Assembly (NCBI GenBank): GCA_023227835.1
Contig: JALOCI010000003.1
Location: 54,520-118,519, forward strand
Length of the DNA: 64,000 bases
Direction: 5' to 3'
Source of the DNA: Bacteroidales bacterium
Lineage (GTDB): Bacteria > Bacteroidota > Bacteroidia > Bacteroidales > UBA932
The translations under genes and the position numbers were made by a program. Each line of letters begins with the position of its first letter. Positions within the stretch are counted from its first letter, which is position 1. The notes beneath the pieces are model-generated. The model was not told the origin of the DNA and ran no database searches. It was given only the letters and a program-made list of their open reading frames with translations. Of the stretch, positions 9,190 to 19,059 are shown piece by piece.

Positions 9190-10224
9190 TTATATACCTC
9201 CATTATAATCCAAGGCTCTTGAAACCGGAACAGCACTTAAGTCCGATAACCGGCCTGATTTAAAATGATAGTAACCCGCCATAGCAATCATGGCTGCATT
9301 ATCTGTAGTAAATTTGAACTCCGGAAGAAATACCTTGAATCCTCTTTTTATCCCTTCTGTAACAACCCTTTCCCGAAGTCCCGAGTTTGCAGAGACGCCT
9401 CCACCTAAGGCAACCTCTTTTATACCTGTCTTCTTTACGGCTAATATCAGCTTATCCATAAGTATATCTATAAGTGTAGACTGGAATGAGGCACAAAGAT
9501 CATCAATGTTTTCCGATATAAAATTCTGATTTTCCTCCATTCTGTCCCTAAGAAAATACAAGAGAGACGTTTTAACTCCGCTAAAGCTGTAATCAAGTCC
9601 GGCAACCTTTGGTTTAGAGAATTTAAAAGCCTTTGCATTTCCCGATTTTGCGTGTCTGTCCACCACAGGCCCGCCAGGATATCCAAGCCCCAGAACCTTT
9701 GCACACTTATCAAAGGCCTCCCCTACTGCATCATCTATTGTTTGGCCGATTATAGTAAATTTTAAGGGTGCTTCAACTACAATAATCTGAGTATGACCTC
9801 CTGACACCAATAATGACAAAAAAGGGAATCCCGGATGTTCCTTATCCTTTCCTTCCTCCTTTATAAATGGAGAAAGCAGATGCCCCTGAAGATGATTTAC
9901 ATCTACCAGCGGTTTTCCTGTTGAAAGAGACAAACCTTTGGCAAATGATGTTCCTACCAGAAGAGAGCCCAGCAAACCAGGGCCTCTTGTGAATGCAATT
10001 GCATCAATATCATTTAAAGTGACTTCAGCCAGTTTTAAAGCACGGTCAACAACAGGCAAAATATTCTGCTGATGAGCTCTGGATGCCAGTTCCGGAATTA
10101 CTCCCCCGTACTTGCTGTGAACCTCCTGTCCAGCCATAACATTGGAGAGCAATACTTCATTTTTCAGCACTGCTGCCGATGTATCATCACAGGATGACTC
10201 TATTCCTAAAATTGTTATATCCAT
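9190..10224 (-). CDS. tsaD: tRNA N6-adenosine threonylcarbamoyltransferase TsaD
   Basis: MDITILGIESSCDDTSAAV is the hallmark Kae1/TsaD N-terminus. The ASKHA fold is conserved throughout. I prefer the start at 10224 over the 13-aa extension in the track. Confidence 0.9.
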   Translation of the reverse strand: MDITILGIESSCDDTSAAVLKNEVLLSNVMAGQEVHSKYGGVIPELASRAHQQNILPVVDRALKLAEVTLNDIDAIAFTRGPGLLGSLLVGTSFAKGLSLSTGKPLVDVNHLQGHLLSPFIKEEGKDKEHPGFPFLSLLVSGGHTQIIVVEAPLKFTIIGQTIDDAVGEAFDKCAKVLGLGYPGGPVVDRHAKSGNAKAFKFSKPKVAGLDYSFSGVKTSLLYFLRDRMEENQNFISENIDDLCASFQSTLIDILMDKLILAVKKTGIKEVALGGGVSANSGLRERVVTEGIKRGFKVFLPEFKFTTDNAAMIAMAGYYHFKSGRLSDLSAVPVSRALDYNGGI

Positions 10225-10345
10225 ATCTATATTTCTTCTGCAAAAATGGTTCTTTTTTAACAATCTCCTCCACTTATTTGATTAAATTTGTCTTTTAAAA
10301 CACTCATCTATCAACCATATTAAAAAAATAGCCGTTGGACTTCTA

Positions 10346-13300
10346 TTGGTGTTGATTCTGATACCAACAGCAGCGTATATTGCATTGCAGGATCCGATAG
10401 TCCAGACAAAGGTGGCTAAAAGGGTGATAAATAACTACACAAAAGGTTTTAATTCAAATATTTCAATAGGTAAAGTATGTTATCTTTTTTTCAATAAAAT
10501 CATTATTAATGATGTTCTTGTCACATACAACAACAAAGACACGCTGCTTTGCTGCGATAAGCTCTCTGTTAGTTTTTCAGCCAAGGAGCTATTAAGAAAC
10601 AGACTTAGGATAAAAAAAGTTTCATTGTATGATGGAAGATTCAACCTTGTAACCTATAAGGACAAGTCAACAAACATCGATTATTGCTTTAATCTGAAAC
10701 GAACAAACATAAATGACACCTCCGGGTTTTTCTCGAAAAACCTTATTATCAGAGAAGTCCGGGCAAGAGATATAAAATTCACCTATCTGGATTCAAGCTC
10801 AAATGCTCCGGATTACGGAAAAGATTATGTTTGTTTCAGGAATCTGTCGTGTGATGTCTCAGAGATGTCTGTCAGGAACATAAGAACCCGTAACAATATG
10901 TTAGAGGGAGACCTGCTGAATCTCGCATTTGTCGAGAAGAGCGGATTCAAGGTTGAAAAGCTTAACGGCCGTGTTAAAGTAGGGAGAAGACAAACCTATA
11001 TAGAAGAGCTGTACTTTTTTGACGGGAACACTGAACTTAAAGCCAACTATCTCAGCTTCCGGTATAATGGCATAAAAAGCTTTAAAAATTTTGTCGACAG
11101 CGTTCAGATGGAGACCGTTCTGGATAATGCTTTTATTAGTTTTACAACGTTATCAAAACTTACTCCTGCCCTTAAGAATAACAAGCTGACATTTTACGCC
11201 AGCGGGAAGATTTCCGGTCCTGTATCTTCTATAACAACTGACAGCCTTAAGATAACATCAGAGTCAGGTCTTACCCACATTGATCTGAATGCAAGACTTT
11301 CCGGTCTTCCTAAATCAATGGAGACAATGGTCTTTCTGGATGTAAACGACGCTTCTACAACGACGTCTGATCTTTCTAAGATAATCTCTTCCCTGAATGA
11401 CAGAAAACCTGAAAAATATATTACCGGGCTCTCCCCTTTTGTGAGATATCGTTTTAAAGGCAGACTCGCCGGACTGTTTACTGATTTTGTCGCCAATGGT
11501 ACAGTCACATCCAATATTGGAAATGTCTATATGGATATGTTGTTACGGCAAAATCCCCGGGAAAGGGGGCTGGATTTCCAGGGAAAACTGCAAGCACAGG
11601 AATTCAACATCGGTACTTTTATAAGGAATAAAAGCCTTGGCAAAGCGACTTTCAGGAGTACCCTAAGCGGACTTATCAGGAATGAGGCCCTTGGAGGAAG
11701 TAAATTTTATATTGACAGTATTTCGATAAAAAAACTCGAATTCAACAAATATCCATACAGTAATATTTATTCGGTAGGCAGCTATGTGGATAAGAGGTTC
11801 GATGGCCGCGTAATATGTCATGATCCTAATCTGGACTTTATATTTCAGGGTATATTCGGACGTTCGGCAAAGAGAGACTCCTATTATGACTTCTTTGCAG
11901 ATGTTGCTTACGCGGACCTAGCCGCACTAAAACTGGACAAAAGGGACAGTTTGAGCGTAATCAGTTTTAAAACTACGGCAAATTACACTCAAAAACTGGA
12001 TGGAGAGATATTGGGCAAGATAAGTGTAAGATCGATGGAATATAAAAACAGGAACGGAGAGTTCAATATCGGCGACATCTCTATCCAATCTCTCACTAAT
12101 CAGGAAAATTTCAACATATCTCTGAAATCCGGTTTTGCCAATGCCACATACAGCGGTTCAGACTTCATAACAGGTTTTATCGAAAAGGCTATCCGGACTT
12201 CTGTCTATAGACATATACCGTCTCTTCTCGCTAAAAGAGAATGGAGCGTTAATGTCGATAAAAGCAAACATTACAAACTAGATGTACATATACTTGACAC
12301 CAGAGCTATAAGTGAACTTCTCCTCCCGGGATTGAAGATTGCGGACAAGAGCTCACTAAATGCCGCCATTGATGAAAATGACAATCTGAATATTACGCTC
12401 ACTTCCGGGGAACTGGGCTACAAGGGGTACAATATCAGCAATCTTTTTATGAAACTGGATTCAGGTAAGGAGAAAATTGAATCAGACATAAGATCCACAG
12501 GGATAAATATATCGAATATCATACTTGACAGTAATAGGGTTGTTCTTTCTGCCACCAATGACACGGTTAATGTACGCACTGCCTTTTCAAACGACAGTGA
12601 TATCAAGAACAGAATCCTGCTGAGCACTAAGACAAATGTGAGACGTGACTCTTTGCTTAACATACCGGTTCTTGATATTTGCATAAATCCATCCAAGATG
12701 ATTGTAAACAATCAACTTTGGACTCTCTCCAGATCAAAAATCGCAGTAAACGGAAAAACCATAGATATTGAAGGTTTTCTTCTTGAGAACAACAATCAGT
12801 ATGTTGCTCTTGACGGCAGCATATCACCACTGGAAAACTCCTCACTCGACCTTCATGTAAACAATTTTGACATATCCACATTCAATGTTTTCATGAAGAA
12901 ACAGATGGATTTTACGGGAATTTTCTCCGGGAATACAACTTTGGTCGATTTATACCACAATCCGCAGATAATAATGAATCTTAAAGGGGAAAGAGTCTCT
13001 ATTGCCAAGAGCGACATCGGGATTCTCAATCTTTCAAGCAATTGGGACAATAGCAACAAAAAATTCGATCTGCTAGTTTATAATGAATTAAATGGCAAAC
13101 GTTCAATGGAGGTTTTTGGGACCTATACTCCAAAGGGCAAATACCTGGATGTGGACGGCAACTTTACCGACCTAAACCCCGGCTATGCCTCTCCGTTTTT
13201 TACCGGTATAGTCTCCAACCTTACCGGAGGAATTAACGGCAAAATTAATTGCAAAGGGCCTATTGACAAACTTGTACTTACAAGTGACAACGCCTATGTA

Positions 13301-14758
13301 AAAGATCTTTCTTTCACTGTTGATTTCACCAAAGTGAGGTATACTGTAAATGGAAAGACCAGACTTCATGACAACGGACTCACACTTGCAGATGCTGTTA
13401 TTTCAGACCAATACGGTGCAGTGGGTCATGTTACAGGGGGGCTTACATACAAACATTTCCGCAATCTGGGATTCAATACGCTTATCAACTTCAACAATAT
13501 GGAGGTTATAAACCTGACGGAAATCGATAACAGCACCTTCTACGGCAAGGCCTTCGGAAGCGGTTTGTTCAGCCTCAACGGTAACCTTAAAAAAATAACA
13601 ATGGATATCTCTGCCTCTTCAAATAAAAATACAGAGATACACATACCATTAGCAAATACATCCGAAGCTGTAAATTCAAACCTTTTGAGTTTTATTCAAA
13701 ACAGTACCTTTACCGCAGATAAGATAACCACCCAAAAAGATTCCGAGAAGAAGAAGGTGTCATCTACCGAAATGAATGTTCAGCTTAAAGTAAACATAAC
13801 GCCTGAAGCAGCTATGTTTATAGAGATAGACAAATCCGTCGGAGATGTTATAAAGGGTTACGGAAGTGGTCTGATAAGTATGGACATCCGGCCTGCGAAA
13901 GAGGTTTTCAATATTCAGGGAGACTATCTAATCGACAGAGGGTCTTATAAGTTTGTACTTCAAGGATTATTTAATCGTGATTTTACCATTCAACAAGGTG
14001 GCAGCATCGGCTTTAACGGAGATATAGCCAAGACGACCCTGAATCTGACTGCAAACTACAGAACCAAGACAGCAATTAACACCCTTATTTCTGACACAAG
14101 TTCCGTCAGCAGCAGAAGAACTGTTGATTGCCTCATTAAGATGACAGGTCCTTTGATGAATCCGAACCTATCTTTCGGCATAGATATTCCGGACCTGGAT
14201 CCTCTCACAAAGTCAAGAGTTGATGCAGCCCTAAACACAGAAGATAAAACGATAAAACAAGTAATGTCCGTTTTGGTCTCCAACAGTTTTATTCCGGATA
14301 TACAATCTAGTATTGTCAACAACTCTACCCTTCTATATTCAAATGCAACCGAGGTTTTGTCAAATCAGATTAATAAAATATTCAACCAACTGGATATTCC
14401 TGTTGACCTGAGTTTTAATTATCAGCCGGGACAAAACGGAAGAGACATATTTGATGCAGCCGTTTCAGCCCAGCTATTCAACAACCGGGTAATTATCAAT
14501 GGTAATATCGGGAATGCAAGATACACCAACAGTACAAGTGATGTTGTGGGAGATTTCGATGCGGAGATAAAGCTGGATGACAAAGGGCGTTTCAGATTGA
14601 AACTATTTTCACACTCAGCAGACCAGTTTTCAAACTATCTTGACAACAGCCAGCGCAACGGAGGCGGCCTCGTTTACCAAGAGGAGTTTACCACCTTCAG
14701 AGAACTGATTAACAGCATTTTAGGAAGCAGAAAAAAGAAGAAGGCTACTAAAGAATAA
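10346..14758 (+). CDS. tamB: translocation/assembly module protein TamB-like (DUF490 family)
   Basis: 1470 aa with an N-terminal TM anchor, long beta-rich repeats and a C-terminal DUF490-like region. There is no in-frame ATG near the 5' end (TTG at 10346, frame open from 10286), so the exact start is uncertain. Confidence 0.75.
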   Translation: MVLILIPTAAYIALQDPIVQTKVAKRVINNYTKGFNSNISIGKVCYLFFNKIIINDVLVTYNNKDTLLCCDKLSVSFSAKELLRNRLRIKKVSLYDGRFNLVTYKDKSTNIDYCFNLKRTNINDTSGFFSKNLIIREVRARDIKFTYLDSSSNAPDYGKDYVCFRNLSCDVSEMSVRNIRTRNNMLEGDLLNLAFVEKSGFKVEKLNGRVKVGRRQTYIEELYFFDGNTELKANYLSFRYNGIKSFKNFVDSVQMETVLDNAFISFTTLSKLTPALKNNKLTFYASGKISGPVSSITTDSLKITSESGLTHIDLNARLSGLPKSMETMVFLDVNDASTTTSDLSKIISSLNDRKPEKYITGLSPFVRYRFKGRLAGLFTDFVANGTVTSNIGNVYMDMLLRQNPRERGLDFQGKLQAQEFNIGTFIRNKSLGKATFRSTLSGLIRNEALGGSKFYIDSISIKKLEFNKYPYSNIYSVGSYVDKRFDGRVICHDPNLDFIFQGIFGRSAKRDSYYDFFADVAYADLAALKLDKRDSLSVISFKTTANYTQKLDGEILGKISVRSMEYKNRNGEFNIGDISIQSLTNQENFNISLKSGFANATYSGSDFITGFIEKAIRTSVYRHIPSLLAKREWSVNVDKSKHYKLDVHILDTRAISELLLPGLKIADKSSLNAAIDENDNLNITLTSGELGYKGYNISNLFMKLDSGKEKIESDIRSTGINISNIILDSNRVVLSATNDTVNVRTAFSNDSDIKNRILLSTKTNVRRDSLLNIPVLDICINPSKMIVNNQLWTLSRSKIAVNGKTIDIEGFLLENNNQYVALDGSISPLENSSLDLHVNNFDISTFNVFMKKQMDFTGIFSGNTTLVDLYHNPQIIMNLKGERVSIAKSDIGILNLSSNWDNSNKKFDLLVYNELNGKRSMEVFGTYTPKGKYLDVDGNFTDLNPGYASPFFTGIVSNLTGGINGKINCKGPIDKLVLTSDNAYVKDLSFTVDFTKVRYTVNGKTRLHDNGLTLADAVISDQYGAVGHVTGGLTYKHFRNLGFNTLINFNNMEVINLTEIDNSTFYGKAFGSGLFSLNGNLKKITMDISASSNKNTEIHIPLANTSEAVNSNLLSFIQNSTFTADKITTQKDSEKKKVSSTEMNVQLKVNITPEAAMFIEIDKSVGDVIKGYGSGLISMDIRPAKEVFNIQGDYLIDRGSYKFVLQGLFNRDFTIQQGGSIGFNGDIAKTTLNLTANYRTKTAINTLISDTSSVSSRRTVDCLIKMTGPLMNPNLSFGIDIPDLDPLTKSRVDAALNTEDKTIKQVMSVLVSNSFIPDIQSSIVNNSTLLYSNATEVLSNQINKIFNQLDIPVDLSFNYQPGQNGRDIFDAAVSAQLFNNRVIINGNIGNARYTNSTSDVVGDFDAEIKLDDKGRFRLKLFSHSADQFSNYLDNSQRNGGGLVYQEEFTTFRELINSILGSRKKKKATKE

Positions 14759-16058
14759 CCTCGGAAATCTCTCCGATAAGTGTTCTGTCATAAGGTCTCT
14801 CAACCTTAATGTAATTTCTCGTAAAGCCATACATCATCCCGCCTTTTCGGGTGCTTTCAAAAAGCACATACTCACGCTTACCTTTCATTGAGTCAATAAA
14901 TTCTGCATGAAGCCTCTCGCAAAGAGTTTCAAGCATCAGAACCCTGGAGTGTTTGATCTGTTCATCAACCTGATTTTCCATCCCAGCCGCCGGTGTATTG
15001 GCTCTCCTTGAATAGGGGAATATATGAATAAAAGCCGGTCTTAACTCTTCCAAAAAAGACCTGCACTCCTCAAATTCAGCTTCACCCTCTCCAGGAAAAC
15101 CTACAATTACATCAATCCCGATAAATGAATCCGGCATGTAGTGCCTTATTCTTGAAATCTTATCCCTGAAAAGAGTTGTGTTATATCTTCTGCGCATCAA
15201 AGCGAGAATTTTATCTGAACCGGCTTGAAGTGGTATATGAAAGTGGTGCAGAAATTTTCCACTTTGGGCAATCCATGCCAGAATCTCTTCTGTTAGCAGA
15301 TTGGGTTCAATTGAGGATATTCTGTAACGTTCAATTCCCTCAACCTTTTCAAGACCTTTCAGCAAATCCAGAAAACTCTCCCCGGTACTCTTTCCAAAAT
15401 CTCCAGTATTGACACCTGTAAGCACAACCTCCTTAATCCCCTTCGCAGCAATCTCTCCGGCCTCTTTGATAAGGAAATCCACAGAAAGATTCCTGCTTTT
15501 GCCTCTTGCCAGAGGAATTGTACAATACGAACAATGATAGTCACAACCATCCTGGACTTTTAAAAAAGAGCGTGTTCTCTCGTCTGAAGAATACGCAGGA
15601 AATATCGTCTCCACCTCTGAGATTGCACATGAGTACGCTCTTCCTCCGCCCTCTTCTTTCCCGGCCTTGACTCCATGCAACTGAGAGACCTTCATGAAGA
15701 GGTTTTCTTTCTGATCTGCTCCCAAAACAATATCCACTCCTTCTATACCCAGAATATCGTCAGGTTTTAGCTGAGCATAGCAACCTGTAACAGCCACTAT
15801 TGCATCGGGATTTTGCCTGTGGAGTTTTCTGATGGCGCCTCTGCACTTCTTGTCAGCATGCTCTGTGACAGAACAGGTGTTTATTACATATATATCGGCA
15901 GAGTGTGAGGCAGGCACCTTTACATAGCCATTTTTCACAAATACTCTGGCGATGGATGATGTCTCAGAATAATTCAGTTTGCACCCCAGAGTCATAAAGG
16001 CTACCCTTTTCCCGTCAGACTCTTTTTCCGGAAGGGACAATTTCAGATCTTTGTTCAT
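14748..16058 (-). CDS. mtaB: tRNA (t6A37) methylthiotransferase MtaB (MiaB-family radical SAM)
   Basis: UPF0004 N-domain (VAFMTLGCKLNYSETS), radical SAM motif CDYHCSYCTIP, and a C-terminal TRAM-like domain. The start MNKDLKL at 16058 avoids overlapping folB. The 3' end overlaps the tamB stop by 11 nt (convergent). Confidence 0.8.
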   Translation of the reverse strand: MNKDLKLSLPEKESDGKRVAFMTLGCKLNYSETSSIARVFVKNGYVKVPASHSADIYVINTCSVTEHADKKCRGAIRKLHRQNPDAIVAVTGCYAQLKPDDILGIEGVDIVLGADQKENLFMKVSQLHGVKAGKEEGGGRAYSCAISEVETIFPAYSSDERTRSFLKVQDGCDYHCSYCTIPLARGKSRNLSVDFLIKEAGEIAAKGIKEVVLTGVNTGDFGKSTGESFLDLLKGLEKVEGIERYRISSIEPNLLTEEILAWIAQSGKFLHHFHIPLQAGSDKILALMRRRYNTTLFRDKISRIRHYMPDSFIGIDVIVGFPGEGEAEFEECRSFLEELRPAFIHIFPYSRRANTPAAGMENQVDEQIKHSRVLMLETLCERLHAEFIDSMKGKREYVLFESTRKGGMMYGFTRNYIKVERPYDRTLIGEISEVIL

Positions 16059-16062
16059 CTCT

Positions 16063-16425
16063 TTAATATGACAATACAATTCTCGCAGCTCCGACCTGCC
16101 CTCCAAGGGCCGGATTGAGCTTTGAAATGGTAAGGGTTGCCCCGGTTACCTGAGGATACCTTTTCTTAAGCCTTTCAATAATTCGCTTTGCAACACTCTC
16201 AAGAAGCTTTGACGATATTGCCATCTCTTCCGCAACAATTGCATATAACTCCTGATAATCAACCGTATCAAAAAGATCGTCACTCACACTTGCCCTGGAA
16301 AAATCGGCATTTATCTTTAAATCAACCACAAACCGGTTTCCCACAATTTGCTCTTCGTCGTAATGTCCGTGATATGAGAAGAACTCCATCCCGGCAAGTT
16401 CAATATAATTATTTGTATCTGGCAT
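16063..16425 (-). CDS. folB: dihydroneopterin aldolase
   Basis: About 120 aa from MPDTNNYIELAGMEFFSYHGHYDEEQIVGNRFVVDLKI, the typical FolB N-terminal pattern. Confidence 0.85.
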   Translation of the reverse strand: MPDTNNYIELAGMEFFSYHGHYDEEQIVGNRFVVDLKINADFSRASVSDDLFDTVDYQELYAIVAEEMAISSKLLESVAKRIIERLKKRYPQVTGATLTISKLNPALGGQVGAARIVLSY

Positions 16426-16453
16426 TATTTGTCCGTGTCTAAAATTTTCAATC

Positions 16454-17152
16454 TTATATAATAAAAACACAAGGTTTTTTGTTCAAATCAACCCTCTCTT
16501 TTTTCCATTCAGATGCAGTCAACGTCTTTATAAACTCTTCCGGAGTTGTTATTGAGGAGGCAATGCATATTGCTTTAGACGGAGCGCATGTTTGTATCAG
16601 ATCTGCCAAAAATGCGTTGTTTCTGTATGGTGTCTCAATCATAATCTGGCTTTGGCCTGTAGATACAGAGAGTTTTTCCAAACGTTTAATCTCTGCTCTC
16701 CTCTCCTCAGGTTTAACCGGGATATAGCCCACAAAAGCAAATGATTGCCCGTTCATTCCGGAAGCCATTAGTGCCATCATCAAAGAGGAGGGGCCGACAA
16801 AAGGTACAACCCGTATTCCTGCATTGTGGGCTGCTTTGACAAAAATTGCACCCGGATCTGCCACTGCTGGCAAGCCTGCCTCACTTATGAGTCCGATATC
16901 TTCTCCGTCTTTAAGCGGTTTAAGATATCCTTGCACCAAAGATGGATCGGTATGCTCATTAAGTTCAAAGAATGTAAGTGTGTCTATTTTTCCTTTAAAT
17001 CCGCACTTAGAGAGATATCTGCGGGCAGTCCTCACCTCCTCCACAACAAAGTATCTGAGATGCTGTATCCGGCTCACAACTCCCTGCGGGATAACCTCTT
17101 CTATCTCGCTATCACCCAAAGGTGAAGGTATCAAGTATAAAATTCCTTTCAA
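16454..17152 (-). CDS. RsmI-like SAM-dependent methyltransferase (tetrapyrrole-methylase superfamily)
   Basis: 232 aa. LYLIPSPLGD, EDTR-like EEVRTARRYL and SEAGLPAVADPG parallel the RsmI motifs (PTPIGN, EDTR, SDAGTP). I cannot tell from sequence whether it is the true 16S C1402 enzyme or a paralogue. Confidence 0.7.
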   Translation of the reverse strand: MKGILYLIPSPLGDSEIEEVIPQGVVSRIQHLRYFVVEEVRTARRYLSKCGFKGKIDTLTFFELNEHTDPSLVQGYLKPLKDGEDIGLISEAGLPAVADPGAIFVKAAHNAGIRVVPFVGPSSLMMALMASGMNGQSFAFVGYIPVKPEERRAEIKRLEKLSVSTGQSQIMIETPYRNNAFLADLIQTCAPSKAICIASSITTPEEFIKTLTASEWKKERVDLNKKPCVFII

Positions 17153-17197
17153 AATTCAATTTTGACAAAGGTAGGAACTTTTTCCTATCTTTAAAGT

Positions 17198-18001
17198 ATG
17201 GAAACATGTAACGAAACTAAGCTTACCTTTTTAGGCACAGGGACTTCTCAAGGAATACCGGTTATCGGTTGTCATTGTCCTGTATGCAGCTCCTCTGATC
17301 AAAAGGATAAGAGACTCCGATCTTCAGCTCTTATTGAACACCAGGGTTTGAAGATACTTATAGATGCCGGTCCGGATTTCAGGCAACAGCTCCTAAGAGA
17401 GGGAGTGGATAATCTGGATGCCATACTGATAACACATGAACACAAAGACCACACAGGAGGTCTGGATGATGTAAGAGCAATCAATTTCCTGACCAAGAAG
17501 GCTCTGCCTATATATTGTGAGGAGCGGGTGAGAAAATCCCTCGAAATGGAGTATTCATACGCTTTTACTGAATATAAGTATCCCGGAGCCCCTGAATTTG
17601 ACATCCGGGTAATTGATGAAAATCCTTTTGAAGTTGTCAGCAGGTCTGATCCGTCAAAAAGAGTATCTGTCATACCCATCCGGGTTCTTCATTATAAATT
17701 GCCTATTTTAGGGTATCGTATAAACAACATAGCATATATTACCGACGCAAACAGGGTTGATGAGTCCGAGCTTGTAAAACTTAAGGGATTGGATGTTCTT
17801 GTTGTAAACACAGTAAGAAAACAAAGACATATTTCACACTTCTCATTGAGTGAAGCCATTGCATTTGCACAACTTGTCGGAGCCAAAAGGAGCTTTCTAA
17901 CCCATCTTTCACATCAAATGCCTGTATACAGTGAGCTTGAAAAGGAGCTCCCGGAAGGAATCAGCCAAGCTTATGACGGCCTTACTTTAAATTTATTATA
18001 G
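17198..18001 (+). CDS. MBL-fold metallo-hydrolase (PhnP-like)
   Basis: THEHKDHTGG (HxHxDH) metallo-beta-lactamase motif. N-terminal LTFLGTGTSQGIPVIGCHCPVC zinc-ribbon-like insertion. Confidence 0.75.
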   Translation: METCNETKLTFLGTGTSQGIPVIGCHCPVCSSSDQKDKRLRSSALIEHQGLKILIDAGPDFRQQLLREGVDNLDAILITHEHKDHTGGLDDVRAINFLTKKALPIYCEERVRKSLEMEYSYAFTEYKYPGAPEFDIRVIDENPFEVVSRSDPSKRVSVIPIRVLHYKLPILGYRINNIAYITDANRVDESELVKLKGLDVLVVNTVRKQRHISHFSLSEAIAFAQLVGAKRSFLTHLSHQMPVYSELEKELPEGISQAYDGLTLNLL

Positions 18002-18018
18002 ATTCAACAATAGCAGAG

Positions 18019-18876
18019 GTGGAGACAAAGATTAAGTCAGAGAGTAAAGTCGTCGGGATAAGAGGTGCTTCCGGATTTCTGGGGAAAGCAATCTCTGAAG
18101 CACTGATTGAAAATGGGTTCCGGGTTATTGCTCTCAGACGTGATTTTACAGTAGTGGAGCTTAAAGAGTGCGATGTTGTAATAAACCTGGCAGGAAAAAA
18201 TATTAACTGCCGGTGGAATACCAAAAACCGAAAAGAGATATACAATAGCCGTATCCTGACAACCGGAAGAATCGCATCTGCATTTCTTGAATGTGGCACA
18301 GATGCCCCTCCCCTGTTAATATCAGTTTCAGCCACAGGAATATACCCAAGCACAAATGGTTCGCATCCTGAGCCTCAACTATTCGATGAAGACTCTACGA
18401 CCAAACCTGACACATTCCTATCTAAAGTTTGCAATGATTGGGAAAGAGAGGCCTTAAAAGCGACCCCGGTCTCCAGGGTTGCCATTACCAGGCTCGGCGT
18501 GGTCATTGACAAATCCGGCGGCGCTTTTCCCATACTTGTGCTGCCTTTCAGAATGAAAATTGCGACCAGAATAGCCTCCGGGAATCAGCCGTTCTCATGG
18601 ATCTCACTAAAAGATGTTATAGGTTCTATTCTATATATTATTGAGAATAATTCAATGGAAGGAATTTTTAACCTGACCTCTCCTGAGATTACAACAAATC
18701 GGGAAATTACAAGAATCCTATCTAAAAGGTACAATGCACTCATTCCGTTTGTAATTCCCGAATTCCTTCTCCGCATAATATTCGGCAAATCCCACATACT
18801 ACTTACTGAGGGGGCAAAAGTATATCCGAAGAGGTTGCTTGAGAGCGGTTATAAATTTATTGAACCGAATTTTTAA
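18019..18876 (+). CDS. NAD-dependent epimerase/dehydratase-family protein (YfcH/TIGR01777-like)
   Basis: GASGFLGKA Rossmann motif near the N-terminus. Length and C-terminal region are consistent with the SDR-plus-DUF1731 architecture. GTG start. Confidence 0.7.
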   Translation: METKIKSESKVVGIRGASGFLGKAISEALIENGFRVIALRRDFTVVELKECDVVINLAGKNINCRWNTKNRKEIYNSRILTTGRIASAFLECGTDAPPLLISVSATGIYPSTNGSHPEPQLFDEDSTTKPDTFLSKVCNDWEREALKATPVSRVAITRLGVVIDKSGGAFPILVLPFRMKIATRIASGNQPFSWISLKDVIGSILYIIENNSMEGIFNLTSPEITTNREITRILSKRYNALIPFVIPEFLLRIIFGKSHILLTEGAKVYPKRLLESGYKFIEPNF

Positions 18877-18996
18877 GAGTTACCCGTATTCCGTTTGATG
18901 CTAATTTTACCAAATATTGGATCAACCGTCAGACCATGTGATGATGAAACTTTTTCACCATTTCGCCATAAAAATATAAAATAAGCTTAGAAAACA

Positions 18997-19028
18997 TTTG
19001 TTATTAAGGAGTTGAAAGTGTATCTTTG
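18997..19028 (+). promoter_or_regulatory. Bacteroidota sigma-A-type promoter (-33 TTTG / -7 TAnnTTTG) for the 1076-aa lipoprotein gene
   Basis: TTTG at 18997..19000 and TATCTTTG at 19021..19028, spaced 20 nt apart, about 30 nt upstream of the ATG at 19060. Confidence 0.4.
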
Positions 19029-19059
19029 AAACATCACTGAAATACACTCAAAACTTATA

